Below, piece by piece: positions 24,450 to 36,689 of a stretch of DNA of 64,000 nt (its first letter is position 1; each line of letters begins with the position of its first letter). Below the pieces are notes generated by a model. It was not told where the DNA came from, ran no database searches, and was given only the letters and a program-made list of their open reading frames with translations. The translations under genes were made by a program, and so were the position numbers. The stretch lies in assembly GCF_030144855.1 (NCBI RefSeq), contig NC_082716.1, positions 53,816,001 to 53,880,000 on the forward strand, read 5' to 3'. This DNA is from Hypanus sabinus. Lineage: Eukaryota.

Positions 24450-25470
24450 CTCCATGGTTTGATGAGCTTAGAAGTACCTTTATCCATCGCCTTTATGTGT
24501 GCATTTTCTGTACTGTAGCTCCTGCACAGTAACAAACTCCCAACCATCCTTCTCACTCCTAGTGACCACATTCTGCATTTTCTGAACCACAATTAGAGAA
24601 GACCTCAGCAACGCTAAAGACCTACACAGACCCAGCAAAGTCGATATGTACTCTTTGCCATGGTGATGAGGGTCACTCCCACGGGTGTAATGCTGCCTCT
24701 GGGGGTGTATTTTGAACTTTTTGGCATCCCTGAAGAGTTTTTGGCCAAGTTTTAAAACATTTTATCTATTCCCTTCTCAAACACCTTCTCATTAGCATTA
24801 AGCAGCTGTGATAGTCGCTGGCTGGTTAGTGCTACCGTTTGGGCAGCAGTTGCCTGCTGATGCCATATTGAGAGCTTTGGTTGAGTCTAGTTGGATTTTT
24901 CTCAACCATTCATGTCCAACAAGTGCTGGTCCTCCACTTTTCAATACATAAAGCTGCAACGGTTGGTTTTGCCCTCCATAAGTCACATACACCTTCATTT
25001 TGCCATTTGGGGATATTTTTCAACTGCGTGGGTCTTTAGCATCACTGAGGTCTTCTCTAATAGTAGCTTGGAAAACAGCCTGTTATCGTCAGCCTCTGAA
25101 ATTATAGTCAAAACTGACCCTGTATCCAGCTCCATTTTCAGTTTTACACCAGACACATCTATTGTGATCCATGTGATTTTGTGATTTGCTTCAGTAATAC
25201 TATACAGTTCTATACTATACAAAGCACACCTTTGTCAGATGCTGTGTTGTCTGATGGTGTTTCTCATTCGGTTACTGTACTTTTGCATAGTTTTCTGTTT
25301 GAAACTTTTCACCTGGTGTAGTTTTTCTCTTTGGTTGTGCTTTTGTTGGCCTTGCACACCCTCCCTATGTGACCTTGTCTGAAACACTTCTTGCAAACAC
25401 TTTCTTTAAAACAACAGTCATTTGCATCATAGGAGGATTTGCCATATCAATAACATTTTTTGGCTTTTGG
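24450..25470 (-). mobile_element. Degenerate Gypsy (Mag/K02A2.6-like) internal remnant
   Basis: Zinc-knuckle remnant near 25350-25460, protease KMELDTGS (24995-25222), integrase WQRVHIDFAG near 24630-24660. RT and RNaseH mostly missing; no LTR seen. Confidence 0.75.
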
Positions 25471-27417
25471 CACTATACAGGGGCACATTGTGCATTTCAC
25501 ATTCTAACCTCCTTTTCTGTAATTCTTCTGAATCCTTTGCTGTATTCTCTAATGATATTGCAATGGTCTGAGTTTTTGCTCGAGTTTCTGCATTGCAACT
25601 TAAACCAAGCATCTGCTGACTCGAGTGAAGAGTGTTCACAACTGAGAGACATCTGATTTAAAATTGTGAGTGTTTTGTTGTATGTTACTCTCAAAGTATT
25701 TTCCTTAGACCAAAAGCACAATAATTCTTCAAAGCACATTTCCTCCAAGCACAAACATAATTTATCAGGGAAGAATGTGTACATTCGGATCTATTTCAAA
25801 TCAGTGTATGCTCACTGCTGACAGTAGAAATCTTAAATTCAAATATTGCAATGTCGGAGAATAAGTTATTTTGAAAATTAATGTGGTAATAGGAGTACCC
25901 TATTGCATTTCACAAACTCAGTGGATCAAATGGCCTTCTTTATGTCGTAAGAACGTGTGATATGTCAGATTGTTCTGTGCCATCCACAGTGTTACTTTAA
26001 GTACAGAAAAATATCATAAAAGTTGTTATTTTATTGCCAGAAAGATGCCTTGTAGTTTTATATAGATAAGATTTTAGAAACGTGTATAGAATTATATTTG
26101 ACAGATAATACGTCTTTATAAATGAGCAATAGGTTTCAATTCATTGATTAGTTTGATGAAAATAATTGGTTGCAATCTAAAGGAGTGACCAGAAATGCAT
26201 CAATTTAACAGTTGATAGCCTCTCATTACACTCTGACTTGAATAAATATGAATACAGAGAGCTGCACTTTAGCAAAATTAATGAAGAATACTGATGAGAA
26301 CTTGTGCATCTGTTGATTATTTGTGGCATTAATTATTATAGAGTTTTACTACTGCAATCTTGGAACTTAAAGGAGTCACTAATTATTTTGACCTTTTATT
26401 GTTTCAGCCTTAAATGCAGTATATAAAATCATTGGTAGAATTTGCCTCAGGCAATCAAAATGAATTGAGTTTAGATTGAGGTAATGCACTCTAATTTCTC
26501 TATTTCTACAATCATACCCTATCATTAGACATCCAGCATCACAGAATAGTTGGAGGGTTTGTCTTTTCGCAAAATTTAATATGAAACACTGAATTTAAAT
26601 CAACATGTTTATAGAGGCCATATCATGACAGAGTTCAGAATTGTACAGTGAGTAATGAGCTTGGAGTCTGCCTCATCTGAACATCCATCCCTTCATTTAA
26701 ATATTTCTGAACATTTTAAAAAATGATGAATACAGAGTTTTCTTAGAAAATTTACTGAAAAGTGTATTATCCTCTTATCATTTCTGGATGGTGCTAAGAA
26801 ACCATTCCTTTCCCCCCAAAAAATATAATTAATGATATGATCATTGTATAACCCTATTTTCAATCAATTCATTCCTTTTATATACTGGGTGCGGAATACA
26901 TCACTTTTTCTTTCATATGTATTCCAAGGCCAAACTGCCTGAGGGGTTTTTGCATCGATTCCAACACCACAGGGCCTTAACTTGTTGCTTTTTCCCCACA
27001 GACCTTTGCTGCAGCTGCACTGAGTTTTCAGTGTCTCCCTTAATATGTAATCTTAGACCTTGAAAGGTTGTAATCCACAACATTTTAGTTGTGCAGAGTT
27101 TCTTGCTGTTTTAGACACATCAGGCAATGTATTTGCCTTCATGATAACCTTCCAGCAGCGGTTGATGTTTGTCTCTCTGTGGTTAGACAGATTAGGAGAA
27201 TGGTCAAAGAAGTGGCAGTGGGATCCAGTGTTGGGAAGTGTACAGTCATGCACTGTGGTAGAAGAAATGAAAAGGTAGACTATTTTCTAAATGGAAAGAA
27301 AATACAAAAATCTGAGGTTCAAAGGGATTTGGGAGTCCTTGTGCAGGATTCCCAAAAGGTTAATGTGGAGAGGAAGACAAATGCAAAGTTAGCATTCATT
27401 TCAAGAGGACTAGAATA

Positions 27418-28397
27418 AATTTTTTAATTTTTAATTTTTGAATTAAAGTTTCTATCTCATTAGGTTTCGGCAATTTATCTCTTAAAAAATTTATTTCTTG
27501 TATGTGTAGTTTGATTCAAAAACAGGTAATTAAACAAGGAATTCATAAGTCAAGACAAAAATGGGAAACTGATTTGAATATTAAAATTGAAGAAACAAGT
27601 TGGTCAAGACTATATCTTGACAGTATGACAAATACAACAAATGTCCGGTTAAGATCAGCGCAATATAATTTTTTACGTCAATTATATATTACACCACAAA
27701 AAATAAATAAATTAAACCCAAATTTATCTGATCAATATTTCTGATGTAATCAAGAAATTGGTATTTTTTTACACTCTACTTGGTCTTGTTTTAAAATTCA
27801 ACCTTTTTGGACAAATTTAAGAATTTTATTGGAACACAACTTCCACATAATCCAACATTATTTTTACTAGGCAGTATTGAAGGGATAAAACCTAAATCCA
27901 AACTGAATAAATATCAGAAAGAATTCATAAAAATTGCATTGACAGTAGCCAAAAAGGCTATTGCAGTTACTTGGAAATCGGATTCATACTTAAGTACAGA
28001 TCGTTGGAAGAAAGAAATTTTTAGCTGCATTCCACTTGAAAAAATTAATTATAATTTAAGAGATAAATATGAAATATTTCTGAAAATTTGGAGCCCTTAT
28101 TTACAAAAGATAGGATTAAATATATAGGTGCTCTGAAGATAAAATTATTGGTTATCTGGGGAAATAAATAAATATATATACTAAAGCTATTATGAACTCC
28201 ATGGAGCATGTGGGGATCTTCCAATATCCAGGCATTCTTTCTTTCCTTTTTCTTCTCTTTTTTTTCTCTTTCTTTAGGGATATGTTAGGGGGGAGGGGTT
28301 AAGGGGAGGGAGGAAGGGTTGATAATTTTTTTTATAATTTTTTTTCCTTCTGTAACCTATTTGAAAATTCAATTTAAAAAATTTTAAAAAAAGAAAA
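27418..28397 (+). mobile_element. 5'-truncated, 5'-inverted L1-clade LINE
   Basis: ORF2 C-terminal remnant with decayed CCHC region, T-rich then G-rich 3' UTR, A-rich tail; 15-bp TSD AAGAGGACTAGAATA (27403-27417, 28398-28412). Confidence 0.88.
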
Positions 28398-28872
28398 AAG
28401 AGGACTAGAATATACAGTAAAAGCAAGGATGTAATGTTGAGACTTTATTAAACACTGGTGAGGCTTCACTTGGAGTATTTTGAGCAGTTTTGGGCCCCTT
28501 ATCTTTGAAAGGACGTTCTGAAATGGGAGAGGGTTAACAGGAGGTTCACAAAAATGATTTCAGGATTTCAAATGATTTCAAAAATGATTTCAAAAATGGC
28601 TTGTCATATGAAGAGCATTTGATGACTCTGGGCCTGTATTCACTAGAATTCAGAAGAATAACCTAATTGAAACATATTGAATGGTGAAAAGCCTTAACAG
28701 AGTGGATGTAGAGAGGATGATTCCAATGGTGGGAGAGTCTAAGACCAGAGGACACACCTTCTGAATAGTGAAATGTCCTTTTAGAACAGAGATGAGAAGA
28801 AATTTCTATCACCAGAGAGAGGTGAATCTGTGGAATCTGTTGCCACAGGCAGCTGTGGACACCAAGTCTATA

Positions 28873-29551
28873 TGTATAAGAAATCCCTTTTTATCAGCTG
28901 TTTCTAGAAACACAGCTCATTAGACCCTCGCTGACAGCCGCTGAACTCAGTGGTGAGAAAACCACCTTTCCCAGACTCCATAAGTCTAGTGTCAGCATGA
29001 CATGGATTCCACCAAGACCAGGGAGATGGGATGTCTCCCCCACCCAAACCCTGATCTGTGCAACTACTGTATAAATACTGCCTTCTGCAATTAGCTGTCG
29101 GCAAGATATAGCAGATCGTATACCGCATACAATTGTAAAGAAAGTATATTTACAAATATCAGCTTTATTGAACAGTTAGTAGGAAAAAAGAGAAAAAAAT
29201 AAGGGCCCATTACTGTTAACCCAGCCCAAATGTGCACATAAGTTGGAGCTCACCTTGAAGTTGTTTTTATCTCATGCAACCTCGGTCTGCGTGAAAGCTC
29301 ACACCACCTTCCAAATGTCGCTCGAAATCCATCTTGAACAAATGGGCTCTTCCAGGGAAGTATTGGTCTCTGCCCAGCATTCTCTAGAAACCTTTTCCAA
29401 TTCCACCACCCCGACTGGATGACACTACATTCCTAAGCATGAAAATCACAACCCCTTATCTTTAGCTCAAACCAGGATAGACTTCTCTCACAGAACAGCT
29501 AAACTAAAATACCTACACAATAGCAGTAAAAACATTAACCAGGGCATTGCA
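28873..29551 (-). mobile_element. Solo LTR
   Basis: TG...CA ends, 4-bp TSD TATA, AATAAA on the minus strand near 29165; cleanly interrupts the CR1. Confidence 0.75.
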
Positions 29552-30404
29552 TATATTTAAGGTAGAGGTTGATAGATTCTTAATTGGTAAAAACATGAAG
29601 GGATACGAGGGGGAAGGCAGGAGACTGGAGCGGAAAGAAAAAATGGATCAGCTGAATGAAATGCTGCAGTAGACGATGGGCCAAATGGCCTAATTCTGCT
29701 TCTATACCTGATGGTCTTATGATCTTACATCACACTGATATCTTCTGAAAACCTACTCTCCAAGCACTTGGCATTCTACATGTGGCACTTGGCATGATAT
29801 CTCCTTAATTACTTCCCTCAATTCCCTTCCTTCACTAAAAAAGCCTTGGACACCAGCCTGACAAAGTATGTCATTATACAATACATTATTAAAGGCACTG
29901 CATGCTTTATTTATAATAGTGTCTAGTGTCAGTGCCCACCCAGGACTGATTCTCTGAAATGATAACACCATGAAATTTAAAGCATGCTGACCATCTCCGC
30001 CTCTGATCAGGACAGGCACGTGGATCTCTGGTTCAACGTATTGAACCTAGCTTACCATATGTTTGTATTATGGAATCAAAATTAATATTTCCTTTTTTTC
30101 TCTATTGTACATGAAAAATTGGTGATTAAATTACCAAGGTACTTTCCAACGTATGAACTCTTGATCAAGAGACAAGTTTGAAACCTATCACAACAGCTAG
30201 GAAATGCAAATTCAAGATAATAAATAAATCTGGCATAAAAAGCTGATGTCTGTAATGTGTCCATGACCAAATAGATTGTTGTAAGCACCCATATAGATCA
30301 CAGTTATAATTCTTGAGGAAAGGAAATCTGTTCTCTAAGTCAGAAATCTATTAAGCACAGGACCAATATGTTCAGGCATAGAATACTGGTTCCCGCATTC
30401 TATA

Positions 30405-30618
30405 AACACAAGAGGTTTTGCAGATGCTGAATTTCCAGAGCAACACACACAAAATGCTGGAGGAACTCAGTAAGTCAGACAGCATCACTGGACAGGAATA
30501 GAGTGAAGGTGATCCCAATCACGATGAAGGGTCTCAAGCTGAAACATCAACTCTTTATTCCTGTCCATAGATGCTGTTTGATCTGCTGAGTCTTTCCAGC
30601 ATTTGGTGTGTGTTGCCA
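30405..30618. repeat. Palindromic Penelope-derived repeat
   Basis: CACACAAAATGCTGGAGGAACTCAG arm and inverse arm; decayed GATGAAGGGTCTC..GAAAC core. Confidence 0.7.
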
Positions 30619-32597
30619 CATTCTATGACTGAATAGTGGAAGTTCCTCTTTGTCCAGTTATGAATTTCTCTCTGTCACCCAGCATTTGTTTTTTATCTGT
30701 GCTCTTACCTACTGCATCAGTGTAGAAAAGGTAACCCCATCTCCTTAAATTTCTGTCAGCATTGGAATTTGTCCTTTTAAGAGGAAAATACAGCATTTTT
30801 AAGAGTACAAGCTTATTTGAATAATCTGTTATAAAGATAGTTGGATATTCTCTGAATCCTTGGTGGATGAGCCGAGTAATCTGTGAACAGAGAGAGGAAG
30901 ACAGCAGATAGAAAGAGACAGATAGCAATATAGTTATGGCAGTGAGCAGACTTGTGTCAGGAGATGGCATGACAATAAATGAGCATAAATAAGTCTGATG
31001 AAGCAATTATCAGGCATTAGAGGAGGAAAGAATGATCTCAATGTCCTGCTGTTTGGTTCCTGTATTGTGTACAGTTTAATATTTGTTATGCAATATGATT
31101 TGTATTGTGCTAGTTGCACTGGCCACCATATTCACCGTGTTTCAAAAAGCAGGAGCGTGTTTGGTGATGCTGCATGTGCATGTAGAACTGGCATATTCAG
31201 TTATCAACCAATTGTGATTTAACAATTTCTGCCAAGCTGGACCTCAACATGGAGACTCATACAAGGTAGATGCCTCTCACCTCCATGACTTCCCTCCTCC
31301 ACCACCAACACTACTAGGTGTTATCAGGTAGCATCTATTGGGAACATGATGGTGGAAAATCGGTGACTCTGCTGTGACATTGCAGTATTATCTCATTGAA
31401 TACTGAATGGGCTGTTAGTTTATCCATTATTATTAGTTCCCTTACACTAAATGTGATGACTCCTTAACTCTGATTCAGCATAACTTCATTTAGACTTTGG
31501 ACTTACAATTCCTTTCCTCCACTGATTTACAATGTTATTACAATGATTTTTTTTCCTAACTGGCTATAATTTACGATTCTGGACTTAATAATCTCATCAT
31601 AAAATCTTAGAAATAAAGTTGTAATATATTTGGATTATTCTTTCATATACTAACATTTGGCAAGCACTAAATTAATGGCAAAAAGTATTTAAGTGATATG
31701 TTTCTTGAAGGTAGGGATCCATCAGATAATGAACTCCTCCTTTATCAGGCAGCTTCAGTTATTGAGATAGGATGTTGTCAATGAAATACGATTTGCCTCA
31801 CTTATGTCTCCATCAAGATAATGAAAGACATAGGAAAGGGATCCAAGTATTAACTTTGTGCTCCCCTTAACTAGAGTACTGAATTCAGGTTTATGTATTT
31901 TGCAACAACAGGGGCAAGGCTATAACCACTGGTGTGATTAAGATTATAAAACTCATAACGGTGTGTTTAACACAAACAAAATATCAGGCAAGATGAGGTT
32001 CATTTTACTGTAAGAAAGTTTCCCAACATGAAGTGCTTTAATAGAGTTCATAACTAACCATTTGAGGGAATTAAATTTGGGAAAGCTTCAATATTTCAAA
32101 ATCAAAAGTGTGATTTTTAAAATCTAAAATAATACCTATTGTCCCTGGGAATAAGTGAAGATATAGGCAAAAATCAAAACTAAAAACAACATGACCAAAG
32201 AGGAGAAGTCTTTAACTTTTGGATCTCTACTGACCTTTTTTGTGCTGAATACCTAAAAAGTATCAGATATTGTTTGCCAACAGGACATCATCACATGAGC
32301 TGTTCTTTAAAGTGGAACCCCATTCAAATAAGGCAAGGAATTCATTGTACCATTTTGTGACATGGAAGTACTTCAGCCTAGAAATTTCTGAAAAACTAAT
32401 GACACATATCTGTATTTATATTACCTCATCCAGCAGAATTGATTAATGTGAATTTAATCTCTATTGTTTTTAACTCTAAGTGAAAATCCATGGAGGCACT
32501 TAAGTGTTAGCTGTACGAAAGGCTTAGTTTATTTTCCATCTTCTGTCCAAGATGTGAACCATCCTTCTCCACTCTTTCTTTTGCTATCACTTACTAC

Positions 32598-33434
32598 TGT
32601 TACGTATCCCGTAACTGGATAACTTACCAGCAAAGACAGAGAGGTCCGTTGAAGTCTGATGTCACTATTTTCAAATGTTTTTATTTATAAAGGGACACAA
32701 AAGTAAGGTTTTGTGTAAGGTTAATACATACATTCAGATAGTGCACATCGTCAACACTCAATCTAAAGCGCGGGTATAGTAATAATCATAATTAAGAAGT
32801 GAGCTCTACTGTTGTCTAGGGGTTAATAGATTGTCCGTTGGAAATATAAAAGTCACTCAGAAGTCTGCAGTCCTCAGCCTTTTGAAAATCGCGGGGTTTC
32901 ATGTGGGGCGACCGAGAGAGAGAGAGAGATTGGGGAGAAGAGAAAGAACTTGCCGAGTCTTGATGAGGCTTCCGTGAAATCGGGGGGGGGGGGGGGTTCC
33001 TCTCCCCGATGTTAGTTAAAAGCGGTTTTCTGTGATTCCAGCCACAAATTCCAATCCCGGAATCTAACACACGTGGTTTCCTTCAGAATGGCTTCCCGCT
33101 GCTGCGGGAACACTCTCTCGTGTCTTCTTGGTGCGTCTGAGGGAGCTGTCCCCCTGAGACTCTCCTTTATACTTCCTCACGGGGTGGCAGGTGTCAATCA
33201 GGTTGGGATGATGCAATCTCTCTCTCAACCAGCCCACCTTGCCCGAGGGCTTTTCACGTGGTCTCCATGAGACAATAGTCGCTGTCGTCTTATTCTGCAT
33301 CCCGGGTGGGATGTGCAATTTGGCACGTTTCTCTCTCTCTCTCTCACTTCCTGGGTCTACTGACCCCCCCCCCCCCCCCACCCTTGATGGGTGCTCTTGC
33401 GATTCTCACAAAGGAGGGGGCTGGGATCATAACA
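32598..33434 (-). mobile_element. Solo LTR (probably Gypsy)
   Basis: TGTTA...TAACA ends, perfect 4-bp TSD CTAC, AATAAA on the minus strand near 32680; CpG-richer than flanks. Confidence 0.88.
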
Positions 33435-35689
33435 CTACATCTCCAGTACTCAGAAAACCAAATCAAAATTTGCTGCCACAGGAACAACTGAAGAACTCAC
33501 CTGCTCAAAATTTCTTTCTAATTTTTGATTATCCATTGTATGAAGAACTACTTCCTGATAACTATACTAAATTTGTCTCCGTTAACAATGTTTACTGACA
33601 TATTTACTGCCATGACATGTTCCACATGCAAACAAAATAAGACTCTGACCTACATTAGGTGAGAAATGTGAAATTGAAAAAGGGATTTCCAGAGCTTGGT
33701 TCTAGGCAATAGGAAGTTTGGTTACCAAAATTTGATTCAGAAGTTGTATCCTACTACTAATGCAGTCCAAAGTGTGTGTTTGATCTTATATTCCCGGCAA
33801 CCTTAAGTGACACAAATGAGTGGAATGTTCTATGGAGCAAAGAACTTGTATTTCCTGTCCACAGTTTCCACACCCCTAATAGTTCGAGCTGCAGCTGGAA
33901 GTATTCCTCCAGCATTTTGTATGTGTTACCCTAGAACTGCAGCTCCCGAAGCAGACTTAGCTTGATCCCCAAAGCCAGCCGTAATTTGATAGATGAGGCT
34001 TCACTGCTCAAACAAATACCTCACCAGTTCAATCATACTCCAGGTCTTAGGTGTTGTCAAGCAAAAATTGAATATCCGTGAATGTCTCTCACATTTACAT
34101 AAAAAATATAACAATAAATTAGGCCATTTTTTAAAGATCATGCTTTAAAATTAAAATGCTTTAAAAATTAAATAATCAAACATCTTAATTGGGTTCGTTA
34201 ACTCATTTCAAAAATATTTATTATCTATAATTGGACACCCCACCAGCTGTTCTTCTTCATTGAATTGAGTCACTAAATGAATCAGCAGATATATTTCACA
34301 ATGAAGAGTTTAACATTAGAGCACAATTGTCAATTCACATATGTGTACAATGGTAAATCTGCTGGCACACTGTAAATGAGGGAAAATGTAATTAATTTGG
34401 AAGTGACAGTGTTTATCAGGAAGTTATGATTACTAGTTATCCCTGTGTATGCTATTTAGCACAGTGTTTCTTTCTGATACCAGAGGTTTTAGTTTTTTCT
34501 AGTCTTTAGCAGTGCCTCTAGTACCAGAATGAATTTCTTCTATTATAATGAGGAGATGAATATAAATAACCCAGATGCAACTTATTAGCGTGCTGTAGGT
34601 CTTTGAATAATCCTAGGCAAATCAACTTTGGTAAAATAACACTGATTAACTGCAGCATGCTTCTAGTTTCAATTTGAAAGAAATTCTGTCTCTGTAGATG
34701 GCCTTGACTGGATGTGTCATCTGGACAACCTTGGCCTCCGCTGTATCACTTGTATCCCTTTGTTCTTCCCTGCCCTGCCTCTCCCAGGAATAAAAAAAAC
34801 ACCTGTTTTCACAGTTTCCCAGTTCTGGTGAAGGATCACTGACCTGAAACTTAAATTCTGATTCTCACTCAGGTGTTGTCTGACCTCTAGCATCTATAGT
34901 TTTATAGTGGTTTGTTTCTTAGAAGTTCACAAAGGTATTGTTACATTTTAAAGAGAAAGTTATAATAATTGCCAATAGATTTTGCAATCACTTATTATTT
35001 GTAACTAATTGTTTAACCATTTGGAAATATGACTAATGCCTTGTCTCAAGTTATGTACTTGTTGTGTATCATTGGAAGGGAAACTGACAGCTACTTTTCT
35101 CAAGTAGAACTTCAGTTATTTGTGAGCTAAATTGGTCAATACTTTATTCTTTCTGAGGTATGTGCAGCCTCTATGAACTTTTTAATTAAACTATAAAAAA
35201 GAGGAGCTTGGAAATGGTAGATAGAGAACTAATTCAGATACAGATGCATTCTAGTCTTTGCTGCCAGTCACAAATCACATCAGGAGTACCAAATCTGAAA
35301 ATAATTCCTTAAAATTAATTTGTAATGGTTCTTTTTGCAGTCCAACTTTGACCACTAAACTTATGTGAGACTGCCTTCAAATGGCAACATTCAAAGCACT
35401 ATTTGAATTTACTGCTTCAAATTAGAATGCAGGGCTACCTATGAGAATGTTTTTTAATTGGGTGTGAAAATTTTAGAAAAGAGACATATCAAGTAGCCAA
35501 AGCTGCACCAAGAATATCATGCCTGGCTGTCATCCCCTCTGCACCTTATCTGCAGACACATATAGATTTATTTGTTTTCCTCAAGAAAAATAATTGGTGA
35601 AGGCTGCTTTTACCCTTTGATACTATGAGAATGTTTATTTATGCAATGCAACTTGCATCTAATTTCCACAAAGTTAGCACTGTAAAGAC

Positions 35690-36620
35690 TAGGATCTCCA
35701 TGTCAATTTTGAGGTGACTGATGAAGTCAATGTAGATGACGCTGACTTTACCCAGAGATGGAACAGGAAATGCCTGAAGAGTTGAGTGGGCAGTCAGGTG
35801 TGCTCTTTCCACTGATTATGTTGGGTTTCTATGTGCTCCTGGGGCATGAACTTGGAAGTTCTCAGTTCCTTTGCCACTAAGAATAGACATGGTGCAGGGA
35901 TAATGGAGGTGTTGCATTTTTCAATGAAGTTTTGAGGAGATCTTTGAATCTTTTCCCATGTCTACCTCATAATTGTTACTCACAACAGAGCACAGAACAG
36001 AGTGTCTGTTGCCGACACGCAAGCATGCAAATATCATGACCTGTCCAGAGAAGCTGGATGAGGTCATTTAGACTCAATGCTAAATATATTTGTAGAGCAG
36101 ACTGACTGTAGATGGGACACATTTTCAAAGATAGCACTGGTGTTATCTCTGTCGTGCTTTGAGCTACCTTCTGCAGATAGTCCAAATTTCAGAATCATTC
36201 TGGAGGATGAAGATTACAGCTGCTATTTGTCCATGAGTTTTGCATGAAGCTTGTAGATTTGACTTTCAAACACTATATTCCTCTGATGACTTAAAGCAGT
36301 GATGAATTTTATCAATAACATCTGCCTTACCTTTGCTAAAGTGTACCTCCTAAGATAGTTCATATTGGTCTGCATATTAAAGGATCTTACTGTGAGTCTC
36401 TGTTGTCAGATGGTGGTGTTGTCCAGTGAGAGTAGGTTGGTCAACCATCTTTGTTATGCAAATATTGAATGCAAGGCACATCCTCTTGTTTGTTTCGGTG
36501 ACTGAGTTGACTACACTGCTATGTGCTTTATCAGCATCTTACAGATTTCGTGCACTAAATACAAGGGTGGAATTTCATCATATGAGCTGAGGGTTTCCTA
36601 ACCGGATCCTTGAGCATGAA
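35690..36620 (-). mobile_element. Ancient RTE-like LINE fragment
   Basis: Highly decayed RT-like sequence; no intact ORF. Boundaries approximate. Confidence 0.4.
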
Positions 36621-36689
36621 TGGAGCTGTACGGATGCTTTTAAATGTTTGTTGGTTGTTTAGACACATAGTGCTGAGAGGAATGAGCTG

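Larger units (their letters stand above)
27175..29725 (+). mobile_element. CR1 3' fragment interrupted by an L1 and a solo LTR
   Basis: CR1 RT C-terminal sequence is collinear across 27175-27417, 28413-28872 and 29556-29725, and ends in GGGCCAAATGGCCT plus a TATG tail. Confidence 0.85.
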
